A DNA stretch of 64,000 nt, taken from Rhynchobatus australiae. Lineage: Eukaryota. Under the pieces are notes generated by a model. The model did no database searches, was not told the origin of the DNA, and saw only the letters and a list, made by a program, of their open reading frames with translations. The position numbers and the translations under genes were made by a program. The first letter of the stretch is position 1. Every line of letters begins with the position of its first letter. The stretch spans positions 32,432,569 to 32,496,568 of the forward strand of contig JAUZTB010000002.1 in the NCBI GenBank assembly GCA_034780895.1, given 5' to 3'. This document shows, in pieces, positions 52,488 to 64,000 of this stretch.

Positions 52488-53000
52488 TGCAATCATACTG
52501 ACAATGTGCAGGACAGGAAGGCTTATGTAGGTCACAGTAGAGATGAAACTACAGCTTGTGCAGCTTGGATGTCAGTGAATTTGATGACAGGATCTGGAAG
52601 ATTAAAAGCAGCACTGAGAGAAACTCTGCTTCGGACAGGATGATGGATAAGACCACATGTATGTTGCCATCCTTCTGAAGAAGGGAATGGAATCATCTAT
52701 GCTTGAGTATAAGCCCATCAGCAGCATGAGAGCTAGACTGAAGGAGAACCAAGCAACGTCACCCTGATCCAAAAGAGCTAGTCTATCTCACAATACAGGA
52801 GGAGTTAGAGAGAGCACCACATCACGACCTAATATTTGTTATGGAAGATTGAATGCCAAGGTGAGTAAGGACAGCACAGATAACAACAAAATGATGGTAA
52901 AGCATGGTTGTACCATTATGAATAAAAGAAGAGAGAGGCCTGTTGCTGTCTGTGATGTGGATAATCTAGTGGTCATTAAAATGTTAATTCAGCATTGAAG
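52488..53000 (+). mobile_element. RTE-type LINE endonuclease remnant
   Basis: ATGGAAGATTGAATGCCAAGGTG resembles a frameshifted MGDLNAKVG; it is followed by MMVKHG...MNKRRERPV. Confidence 0.6.
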
Positions 53001-56000
53001 TAAATATATGATGGGAGATGTATGATATTTTGGGTTTTTCTCAACAGAAACATAAATTACTGCAACATTTGTTAGACAATGAACCCTAAGTCGATCACGT
53101 TGAGAAAAGCGCTCGTACCCTTGTTTTGAGTTAGTTTCTGCAGAAATTCACTCATCTAGAGACTAGAGTTTGGAAATTACTTTATGCTATATTGACCCAT
53201 TTAGAACAAGGCAGAACAGAATCTTGCCACATCTTTAATTAAATCGTGATCGTGCAACTGCTAAAGCTTATTATGTGTTCTTGTGTTCAGATGCGTGTGA
53301 TAATCTGACCCTTAGCGTCAGACGGTTAATACCATACGACACGCACGATTATTTCTTAAATGATTAGCTTTGTTTCTGTTTTGGTTATTTACATCAGCAT
53401 TGGTTAAACAAAATAAGTAATATGTAACCCTCCGAGCATTTAACTCTTGGAGGTGCTTCAAATAATCATAGGGGCGTCATATAATTGATTTTATCCAAAG
53501 TTTTACACGAATTGGAATTTTGGAATGTATCCCAGGTTTGCTTTGGAGAAAAGGCACGCTTCATCTCCAACGATTGTCTCTTCTAACAGAAACCCAGATT
53601 GATAATCTCCATCATCTGCCACAATCAAAAGAAAACAAACACCACACACAAGAGTTTAAGAACTTCGGAAAGAGATTTAGTTCCTCCCGAAAGATTTGAG
53701 ATATTTTAAGAAAAATACTGCTTTGTCATTATACTAATCCTTCAAACTTCCCGCAAGGATTTTGTTTTACTCACTACTTCTTTAATAGTGCACCTTATTA
53801 CACCATTAAAAAAAATGTTTGTGTTGTGATTATGATTGGTTTAGGATTTCTAATATCTAACCTGCAAAAATAACCAGAAACAATATCTTATGAGGTTACA
53901 TATAGACATTATTTGTTTTCCAGCATATATTTTAAACCCAGTGAACAGCAGTTATTATTACATACTTGGCGGAAACAACATTAACAGAGCGTGGCAATAT
54001 CCACGTGTCCTCCAGACACGTGCTTTTGTCTTTCACAGACAATAGGCAATGGGGTGATAGCATATAAAGTGAAAAGTATCACGGAATCGAATTCAAAGTA
54101 GCGGGAGTCTCTAACGTTAGCGTTCAGTAGATTGAAAAGTGAATTATCATACATGCATTCAATCAGTAATATTTTTATCACTTAAGATGCGCGTGTTTCC
54201 TTCAGGCAATAATTTTGGAAAAAAATATTTTGAGATGAGCTTTAGAGTAAACCACTTCAGCAAAATGTTCAGAAGAAGTTTGTGTAGCTAATGAGAAAGG
54301 TCTACTTTGATTTTCTATCTAATTATCACCGCCTGCTGGGTTTTTGTAGAGGATATTCACGCAGCATGTTGGCAGTTAATAGTCACAGAGAGTATCATAA
54401 AGATTTAATTAGAAATGCATGCGGAAATGAGGGAAAAACAACTCACACTTTTAATTACCAGACTCTTTGCTTTAAAGGGATGCGAACAGCGGGATTTTTA
54501 ACAAATTGCGAAAGGAAACGCGTGCACGTTTACAAACAGTTTACTGAACATATCCCCCTTGCATTTCGCCTAATTTTTATTGTTTGCTTTCCTTTTTACA
54601 TCGTGCCTGCAGTGGCGCCCCCTCTATACTTCAAATTACTCGCTTTCAAATTAAAAGAACTAGGCTTGAATCCTTGAAGTCGAAGCGGCCGATTTCCTAG
54701 GTGGCGTATTAATATCTTATGTCTACAATTAGCCGGGCTCTGATGTATGTTCGATTTCGAAGCAAGGTCGTTAAGAACCACTTGGTGGGTGTGGCAGGTG
54801 GGGGGAAGAAGTATCTCAATGATAACCCTACATTGCTTCTCGCACGGCATATACCAGCAATTTCACACATTCAAATGGAGCTTTAAAATCTCTGTTCTGA
54901 AATTTAGGGCATTTGTCTATAGTTGGCCTTCTAGGAGGCAAAAAGTTATTTATTGGTATAAGTCCACAGGTGACTTTAAAGGAGAGTCACTTGTTAAAAC
55001 CAAAACTATGGGTCATATTTTAACCAGCTATTGTAATGCAAACGAACAGCAGAGCAGATTAAAGGTTTGGCAATGTTTACCAGCCTGGATTACATCCCGG
55101 CAGATAGAATCTACAATACGCGAGTGTCACGGGAGTCACACTGTCCGCGCCAACATGCTCTCAAGTGATGTATCTCTGTGATTTTAGACCATAGAGGATA
55201 TGTAATATTCATTAATCGCCATAGCGAGAAATCTCTTAGAAACGCGCACTATTATGTCACTGTTCGGTCGATATGGCTGGTGGACGTGTAAAAAGTGGGA
55301 CAAGGAAATGATTCAAGGAACTGTCTCAGACCAGAGAGGGACAATGAGATCCCGTTCGCTTGCATCGCTCAATGAAAGAAAATTCAACATATCAACATCA
55401 TTTCTCAGCCTACGGCAAGAACTTCTTATTTGGTTAAAGATCATTTCCCTTTGCTCTTATTAAAAAAAAACTGGCGGTCACCCTTAAGATTATCATTGAG
55501 TTTATCTGTGGATATTATCCTTCTGGTAATTTTTAAATCGAAATAATAATTATATTCTTCCCTTTTAACATTACATTCAATTGGTCCTTGATAAAAAAAC
55601 ACTAAGCTGTTCCAATATAAGTCTTGTAAGGAAAAGGATGATGATCGAAAAAGACCCTCTGCTAAATTAGAACGGACTTGATCATAAGACCGAAATGCAT
55701 CGTTAGGGATCATCGTAAATGAACCAAGTAAACATCAATCACTTTACTCCCGTTCCTCCTCCTGGGTAAAAATCTATTCGCCGAATTATGATTAATTCTG
55801 ACAGACTTTAGTGTTGTTTTCATTTTCAATTAACCAAATAATCCAAAGTTTGAAGTAGCACAAGTATTTGGGATAAAATCGTTGTAACCTAAGTATCTTA
55901 ACTTTGTCAACAAATGCTGACACCCTTCATCTTTAACCTTTAATCCAATTTTTAAGTTACAAAGTACCGACTTTGCATATTTGAGTTTTACGGAGGAGGT

Positions 56001-59000
56001 TATATTTCGTCATTTTTTTTCTTGGCATTGCTCCCCCTCAAGTCGTGACGAAAATCAAACCAGTCAATGGATTCGGTAAAAAAAAGCCAAACAACTGAGG
56101 AGCCTGCAAAACTTTCCTGAAGACACAAGGATTAGAGGGCCGCTCAGTGTTTGCTCCATGTTTATCTTTACTATTTTCATCACGCCATGACAATGGAAAA
56201 TATACTTTTGATGTTATTCAGTAACCCAGATAAACTCTGTCATATAAACACCTGGGCCCAGTCTGGGCCTTTGAGGATGGCCAAGGAGCAGGTTGTTATT
56301 ATTCTCTTGCCTAACGTCCCGGCTTTTTTTTTTGCTGAACGGAGACATGAGAAATGCAGCGAAATAATGAGACTTTACATTCTATTTAAGCCCCAGTTTT
56401 TCGCATTTCGTGCGGATTGGAATCGGTCAAATAGATTGCTTCTTCTTGGGGGATATGTGTGTGTTGGGGGCGTGGGCAGTGGGGGTGAGTGGGTAATGGC
56501 GAATCTGTAGTGTAATGGNNNNNNNNNNNNNNNNNNNAGAATGTAATACTCCAGACAGGTAAATTGTTTACCAGTGAACATATTTTCTACATCTGAGTTC
56601 AGAATGCATACAATGAAATAAAAGGTTCAAGCATTTAGCCGTTCATGGAAAGGCTCGAAACCGTCACGAAAACGTGATTTCATTTTACAAGCCACAATAG
56701 TCAGTAATCTTATCGGATTTCCCAATTCTATTGTTCCAATTTTACATTTTAAAGCAAAGTAGTATTTAGGTTAATCAAGTGCAAACTATTTAAGGAAAAC
56801 ATTCAGATTAAACATCAAGTGTCTATTTCTAATGCATCAGATGAAAATATTTACTATAATCATTTAAATGCCATCAATTGTAATAGTTGCAATGTGTTAA
56901 TAAATACCCTCTCGTTATGCTGCGAAACGTTCAATATGACTTGCTCATTATTAATATTTTAAATGACATTAGCTCGGATTTACGATGCGTCGTCAAATAT
57001 TATTAAAGTGGAAGCTAAACCGAAATGAATGGACCAATTAGAGGTACGATNNNNNNNNNNNNNNNNNNNNNNNNNNNNNNNNNNNNNNNNNNNNNNNNNN
57101 NNNNNNNNNNNNNNNNNNNNNNNNNNNNNNNNNNNNNNNNNNNNNNNNNNNNNNNNNNNNNNNNNNNNNNNNNNNNNNNNNNNNNNNNNNNNNNNNNNNN
57201 NNNNNNNNNNNNNNNNNNNNNNNNNNNNNNNNNNNNNNNNNNNNNNNNNNNNNNNNNNNNNNNNNNNNNNNNNNNNNNNNNNNNNNNNNNNNNNNNNNNN
57301 NNNNNNNNNNNNNNNNNNNNNNNNNNNNNNNNNNNNNNNNNNNNNNNNNNNNNNNNNNNNNNNNNNNNNNNNNNNNNNNNNNNNNNNNNNNNNNNNNNCA
57401 TAAAAAAGAAGTCTGCGCATAAACAATGCAAAGCTTCCTAATAAGAGGCATTCCTGGCGCTATCATCTGCACTATGGTATTTTTATCCTGACATTATCCA
57501 CAATTCGCTCCCTATAATTACCCACTATATCCCCGTTCTATTTGGAGCGGTAATGGTAAATATTGAACGGTACTCCAAAGTGCATTGTGTTTGCCGTGGA
57601 ATCCCTCTTCTTTCTTGTTTCGTATTATTGTGACCAAAATACGAACCGTGTCTCAATTGAATGAAAACGATCGAATCTCATAGTTGGTAGTTTTAAGAGG
57701 CAATTAGGTAGAACATCTAAAGTCTCGTAAATAAAAAAAAGTGTTTTGCTTTTTTCATTTTTTATTATCCATTTTTGCTAACTTATTTTTCTGTTAAGTT
57801 TAAAAACTGAGTGACGAAGTAATGCTCCACTACCTAGAGTTAATGTTTCAAGCTGGCGTGGAAGTTATTAGAGTTAGTTCCTTATGGCGGTTGGACTGTT
57901 CAGGTAATTGTCTGTTATATATTCATTTTGAAACAATTCTGAACTATAGAACAGATATTTAATTGAAATGAACATATAAAATGTGAACTGCCATTCTATT
58001 CACACTAGCTACAATCATACGGGTGATTTCTGCAATAACCAATGCAATTTTACTGCAAATATATATTTAAGAGATGAATCGACTTTGGCACCATGGTGAA
58101 TTATATTACTAGTGCTCTGAAGCTCACTGCGTATACAACAGAATATGATCTTAGATTCAAAAAGAATCACATTAAAATGTTGATGACAGATACGTGTACA
58201 TGCATCATTGTGGCACTATCCGATTAAATTTATGACTGACACCATTCGTCTTTGGTGAAATCGCAAAACAATATGGTAAGTATAGAAAGGGTACTGAGAC
58301 ATTAATGTGCTCCCATCCTGTACGCATAATTTTAAATTTGCAAAGATAATTATAGTTATGACAAAATACGCATGCTATCACAATAAGAGTGAAGAAATAA
58401 ATGCATGGTGAAATGGCAGTCCTTCTGTGGTTAAAGTGCCTAGCTCTAAGCTTGGTTGTAGTTGTGCCGTCCCCCCGCTGAAAAGCGTAGTCGAACACGC
58501 GTACAGAACATTTCACGGAGAAGACAGCAATACAATAAGTGATCTTTGTAGCTATCGATAAATCTACATCATCGCCTCATTTGTTCAGACGGTAGCAGCT
58601 ACCAAGTGAATGAGCTATGGAAGGACAGATGTCCAGAACGACCTGAAATTTGTCCCCTGTGAACATTTGGAAGCGATAATATCTTCTTGCATAAATCAGC
58701 GCAGCATTCAGTATAGTTCATTTTGCCACTTCATCTCATAAAAATTACTCAGAGAAAATACAAATAAAATTCTAAGTGCCAGGTACAAGATTGTAGTAAT
58801 AACTGTCGCCAATTGTAGAGTTAATGACTTCGTAAAATAATGTTTTCATATTTCGATCATTTACAATTTAATAAATTGAAATAAAATTATCTTCTTTGAA
58901 AAGAAAAGAAGGCTTATTTACTGAATTACCCTGGAATCGAATATGTCCAAAATTCGGATCTGGAAAGTTTAATCGAATGGCCAGGCCACTAAAGCAGCAA

Positions 59001-60644
59001 ACAGGCTATGACCTAATATGAGAGTGATCCAAGACCAAACACCCAAGCCAATTCAAAGATCCGTACAATGCTATTACGATTGTTGTAAACTATGCCTTTG
59101 GTCAACAGATATGATTCGCAAAGGTATTTAAACTTGCACTTTCTAATTGCAAATTAATAATTCAATGTGGATAGTTTTCCTTAGTGTTAAACTAGCCTGA
59201 ATGATGCGAGACGCTATACAGACAATCGTTGTNNNNNNNNNAGAGTTGCAGACCATAGCGGCCATATTTGCTCAAGGGATTGTACTTTTCCCCCCAAACT
59301 ATGTTTTGCTTTGAAATTTGTTTCTTTAAGTGAATTGAGAAACATACTATCTCCAATTGTTTCTACAGTAATGGTATGTTTCAATCCAAGTACGTCAACA
59401 ACATCTATATGAATCCCCAATGCCTGGTAACCATTCTCACACAAATAGACAATCCATTGAGCAAGTACGGCACATTAGCATGAGCCTGTAGTTAATAAGC
59501 AACTCTTCATGGAATATGTACTGGTTTTCAGGGGCATCAAATTAGTAATTTTCTAACTGTTACTTTATACACCCTTCATAATTTCCAAACTCCACACATA
59601 TAGAGTATTGCCAACGATGTAACATCTATTTAATCAAAAAATCTAATTGTTACAACAACCAGGCAGTGTCGTTCCCTGAATGCCACCCCTAATTATTATT
59701 AAACTAGAGGAAGTCCAGTAGTTCTTACTTTGTGTGGTCAGTGTACGCCCCCTTCTTTCCACACCCCACCTCCCATTATAGGTATGGCAGAAGTTTNNNN
59801 NNNNNNNNNNNNNNNNNNNNNNNNNNNNNNNNNNNNNNNNNNNNNNNNNNNNNNNNNNNNNNNNNNNNNNNNNNNNNNNNNNNNNNNNNNNNNNNNCCCA
59901 TTATAGGTATGGCAGAAGTTTCGAAGTTTTCTAATTTCACACAGACTCTAAATCTGCATCCGATCTCATCTCATCTAATTGTACAACTACAATTTTATTA
60001 CATTTATTTATCTATGAAATCGATTCACTGAAATAAATTGAGATAACAATTCAAATGGATTAGATGCACTAAATCGTTTCGCGCACATCAGAAAATAGTG
60101 TTATGTAGCCCCATCATTCATTATCCAATATGATTTCCTCTCTGGGGGGCAGTTTTGATAAGCTATTTTGTGGCCGACAGAGTATTTATTTAACAGAATC
60201 AGGTTCTGTACTAATAGTAGAAGATACGTATGCTCTGAAGTATAGATTGCCAAACGATAGCTGATAATTTACACCTCAAATGGGCCGCTTTCCCACAGGA
60301 CCAAGACTTAGGCAGAGTATATTGAAAATCCTGATGACACAAAGTTGTACCAATGAATATTTTGTTTGATTTTTAAAAAAAACTCATAGAAGTTTATAGG
60401 TTGACCCATTGTTCCAGCGTTTGTACCTTTGTACGATATAAGTTAATATATTTGAATTCTAATTCTTCCTGCCAATATTTGGAATGTTGCAAATCAAAGA
60501 TGACAAAATATTTGACTTACTGCTGTAATATCAAATTACAACTATCACATTACTATCGAGATAAATGACGTGCAACTTTGCAATGGAAGCGACATTAAAA
60601 GCTGCANNNNNNNNNNNNNNAGTTTTCAATAAGGGTAGACTCAC

Positions 60645-61094
60645 CTGGATGTCTTCCATTCCTTGGTGGCTGATACTATGCAGAGATAGACTATCTCCCA
60701 TCCCCGAATCCAGTCCATGAGCAGAGTGGACAAGCACGTCTGGCCGCCGCACGCCGGGGTAATCCCGGCGAGGGTCCAGCCCTGTGATCTGGGGCAGAAC
60801 CCGGGGCTGGTGTAGGAGGCTGGGCTCGGCACCCACGTCCTGCCGCTGCCTTTGCTGCCAGGGATGCTGCTGAGGTTGGTGTAGGGCGTTCAGGGAGTAG
60901 GGGTCGTTGACGTGTGTATAAGGATCCTGGCTCTGGTGATATGGAAGAGGTTGGTAAGGAGGAGGGAAATAAGGTGGTTGGAAGTCCGACGTTGGGGTGT
61001 GAGAAAGCGGCGGAGCGGTTGAATAGTGTCCCTGGGAGACCGACCCGAGTTGGGACAGCCTCGAACTGTGGCTGTTAACTCCATCGTGTCGGTC
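60645..61094 (-). CDS. TFAP2B: TFAP2B exon 2, proline/glutamine-rich activation domain with PY motif
   Basis: TTGCAG|GAC acceptor and CAG|GTGAGT donor; 450 nt; DRHDG...[12 protein letters not shown]...GMEDIQ. Confidence 0.97.
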
Positions 61095-61728
61095 CTGCAA
61101 AGAAGAAATGGCAAGGCTTAGTCCAAATATTGTTTAATGGGATGCATCTACAATGCATTCTCTATTCACGAAAAGAAACAATACTCTGAGTGTAAAAGGG
61201 AGAAATATATGTTGCTACAAAGAAAAGCCCTTAAATATTGTCTAATTATTTAAGAAAGGATATATAACAAAAACAATATTAACAAAATAGGCAACGCCGC
61301 AGAGTCAAAACAAAACAAGGCGCACGCAAAAGCATTGAAATGTTAAAAGTAGTGACAACAATAAACGTAAACTGTAACATGGGGGAGAAAATAATCTGGG
61401 AGAACTAACAGGCTCTCAAGTAGCTGCTGAATTTTAGATCTCCAATTTTAGGTACTCCTTCTTATGTTCAACTGGAATTGTATATTTAACAAAAGAAAAC
61501 TAGGTCTGATGGAGCTAATCATATCTTCGTAAACATCAGATCCAAACAATCTTAACATATAAATATGATAAAGTCATGCGTTGTGGCGACGCATCTGTTG
61601 GTAACCCACAGAGGGGTTAATGGAGGGGAGGAGGGGATGAAGGGGCTTCATAATACACCTTTAAACGTTATATTACAACTAATATGTAATAATTTGAAAT
61701 AGGGGTTAGTCGCGCCCCCAATGCACAA

Positions 61729-61758
61729 ACACACACACACACACATACACACACACAC
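61729..61758. repeat. Imperfect (AC)n microsatellite
   Basis: Direct reading. Confidence 0.9.
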
Positions 61759-62181
61759 GTTTCAGATGTAAATTCGGACAGGAATTAAAACGAAGGCACG
61801 GGTGGATTTTTAACACGCGTAACTGTTAACAAGAATGTAAAATTCCGGAGTTGTCAGAAGGAAATGCGAAATTACGAAAATCAATGAACGCGAATAATGC
61901 AACTGCATTGGGAAAGTCGCCTCGATCATAACAGAAACAAACAGCTAGCGTTCGAAGTCGAATGTCAAGTAAACTTAATAACATATTTAACTAAAACTGA
62001 ACCTCAAATCGCCAAAAGCTATGGAGCGCAGTTGAAAGTTTTAGCCAAGTGACGCGTCCATCTAAACCCGATTAGATAACAATACAAACAAGAGAGAAAG
62101 AGCCTGCAATTATGGACTAAATTACAAAGCCACCGGCGTTTGGGGCGAAATGGGATTGCATCGAGCACTGATCCAACTCAC

Positions 62182-62208
62182 CATAGCTGTGTAAGTGTGG
62201 ACTAACAT
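62182..62208 (-). CDS. TFAP2B: TFAP2B alternative first coding exon (MLVHTYTAM)
   Basis: Minus strand reads ATG TTA GTC CAC ACT TAC ACA GCT ATG|GTGAGT, a strong phase-0 donor matching phase-0 exon 2. Resembles TFAP2A exon 1b (MLVHSFSAM) and the TFAP2E N-terminus (MLVHTYSAM). Confidence 0.9.
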
Positions 62209-62610
62209 CTGTAGCAAATCTGATCACAGACCATCAACCAGAAGGGCAGCGAGACTGCAGGAAGAGACGCCCGATTGCCTGAAGTATCTCCAACACTATA
62301 TCCATCAAAATTGCTCAAAAAAGGACAAATGCTGTCGATTTTTTTAACTCCGGCTTCACAACCAGTGCTCCCCTCTCCAAGGCAAGATGCTGACTGTTCA
62401 CACCCCTCTCTGCCACTCTACGCCGCCTCATAATAATTGATATTCATGACTATTAATATTACACGAATACTTAAAGGAAGAATGGTGGCAAATCGAGCGT
62501 GAAGCAGCCAGCCAGCGCTCCCCTACTATTGTAAATGACGTTCATTCAGACGAGAATTACTAGATGTACTCAGACAAGGGGTGGGGGGGGGGTGGGGGGG
62601 GGGGAGGGTG
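62209..62610 (-). promoter_or_regulatory. 5'UTR / proximal promoter of the short first exon
   Basis: Directly upstream of the ATG; CpG-containing; homeodomain-like AT block TAATAATTGATATTCATGACTATTAATATT (62431-62460); long G-run at 62578-62610. Confidence 0.55.
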
Positions 62611-64000
62611 NNNNNNNNNNNNNNNNNNNNNNNNNNNNNNNNNNNNNNNNNNNNNNNNNNNNNNNNNNNNNNNNNNNNNNNNNNNNNNNNNNNNNNNNNN
62701 NNNNNNNNNNNNNNNNNNNNNNNNNNNNNNNNNNNNNNNNNNNNNNNNNNNNNNNNNNNNNNNNNNNNNNNNNNNNNNNNNNNNNNNNNGGGTGCCCAGC
62801 GCCCTCTTTAAAATAGCCCAACCTTTCGGGGCGGTTGCACGTAAGTGCCTTCTGTAGCCATTCACCATGCAAATATTAAGATTTTTTTTTCACACAGTTC
62901 CATAAAGAACTAACAAGCAACAGTGCAATTTTACAACGCCCCGGTTACGTAACTTTTGTCGGAAGAATTTCGTTATCAGCATCGATGGGAGCAGAAGCAA
63001 GTGCACTTTACTCCGTTGGAACGCTTCTTATCGGAACATTAATGCCGTGCTTCACAGCTTTAAAGCAGCGGATATTATGAGCTTAATATGGAGGGACACG
63101 GAAACTGGATAATGTTGTTATCCTCATTAAAAAAAAAGTCACTAGTTAAAGTTAACTGTGTTAAAAGCAATGCATAATATTAGGGAATACCAGTCCTGAT
63201 AAGATCGAATCCACCTTGTCCCTTTGGCAACATGAAGTTGATCTTACCAGAGATTTACTTAAATAAACTACCTCTCGCACTTGGATATTTTACAAGACCT
63301 GTCACGTGATACTGCCAAGAAAATTAAAGAGTGAAACAAATAGGTTAAACGAAAACAATCCTTTCGTAGGTTGACAGACTATAAAGATTGCGAAATAAAG
63401 ATTATTGCCTGCCTCCGATCTTTTTTTAATAGAGTACGTGTCCTAGGTATAAAACAAACTGCATGGAATTTGGAAGACTCAAAGCCAATGTGTGAGTGGG
63501 AGACGCCAGACATTTTGCAAATTGCTTTTGGAAGAATCTACCGCCAAAAGCTTTCTTTGTTAGCATAGCCCATGGTCGAAGGCGTTGCAAATCTAGTCCT
63601 CACGGTCCCTTACGTTATCTCACTTATTTTTTAATAAAGTCCTCCTTTCCTGCCGCCAGCTGTAAAACATTTACAAGGGTTTCTGTAAAGACCCTTGAAG
63701 TTTACAGAGCTGATGCAAGCCAGAGGGGCTAGTTTGTTTTTTTTGTGGGGGGCGTGATGCTGTGCGCTACTTGTTCCGGGTTATTGTCGAACCCGTTGGA
63801 CTGGCTTGTGCGCTCTTTCTGTTTAAAAACTCAACCTCTTCTTTTGACATCAGTTGCCTCGACTCGTTCCTGCAAAGCCAGCGTATTCTGATAACAACCG
63901 TAAAAAAGTTCGAAATGTTCCACTGATAGCGGGTCTAACATGTCTGGGACATTTTAAAGTGAACCCCGTGTGCGCCCAAATGCACCGGTGTTCACTGACT

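Larger units (their letters stand above)
24057..62208 (-). other. TFAP2B: TFAP2B (AP-2 beta) gene model, 7 coding exons using the short first exon; CDS 1314 nt / 437 aa
   Basis: Exon lengths 27+450+61+217+119+142+298 join in frame with GT-AG introns. The peptide matches AP-2 beta-type sequence ([23 protein letters not shown]-terminal [11 protein letters not shown]) rather than other AP-2 paralogues. Confidence 0.95.

Noticed and set aside
54291-55181. 128-aa and 144-aa plus-strand ORFs in intron 2
   Set aside because: No domain similarity or clear exon structure; consistent with chance ORFs.
62790-64000. Search for canonical exon 1a (MLWKL...) or a TFAP2D exon
   Set aside because: No matching peptide with a donor site found by eye on the minus strand; presumably outside the window.

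Overview
AT-rich vertebrate genomic DNA with many N-gaps. The repeat content (CR1/HER1-type LINEs, V-domain tRNA-SINEs, Penelope-type tails) points to a cartilaginous fish (inference). The window holds one protein-coding gene on the minus strand, an AP-2 beta (TFAP2B) orthologue. I reconstructed it from splice sites: short first exon MLVHTYTAM (62182-62208), then exons 2-7 (60645-61094, 51121-51181, 33210-33426, 31569-31687, 27966-28107, 24057-24354). All introns are GT-AG and all phases join into a 437-aa open frame. The canonical MLWKL-type exon 1a was not found and probably lies beyond 64000. A probable ~4.8 kb 3'UTR runs down to ~19.2 kb. Positions 1-18.8 kb are TE-dense, CpG-poor intergenic DNA. 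Notable observations: a CpG-retaining, TE-poor domain over the gene; a perfect 22-bp palindrome around a PAX3/7-type site; a long inverted repeat near the exon 5 acceptor; decayed hammerhead-like motifs in Penelope-type repeats; and several candidate intronic regulatory blocks. I found no convincing previously undescribed multi-gene system. TE family calls rest on recalled consensus motifs, not database searches.
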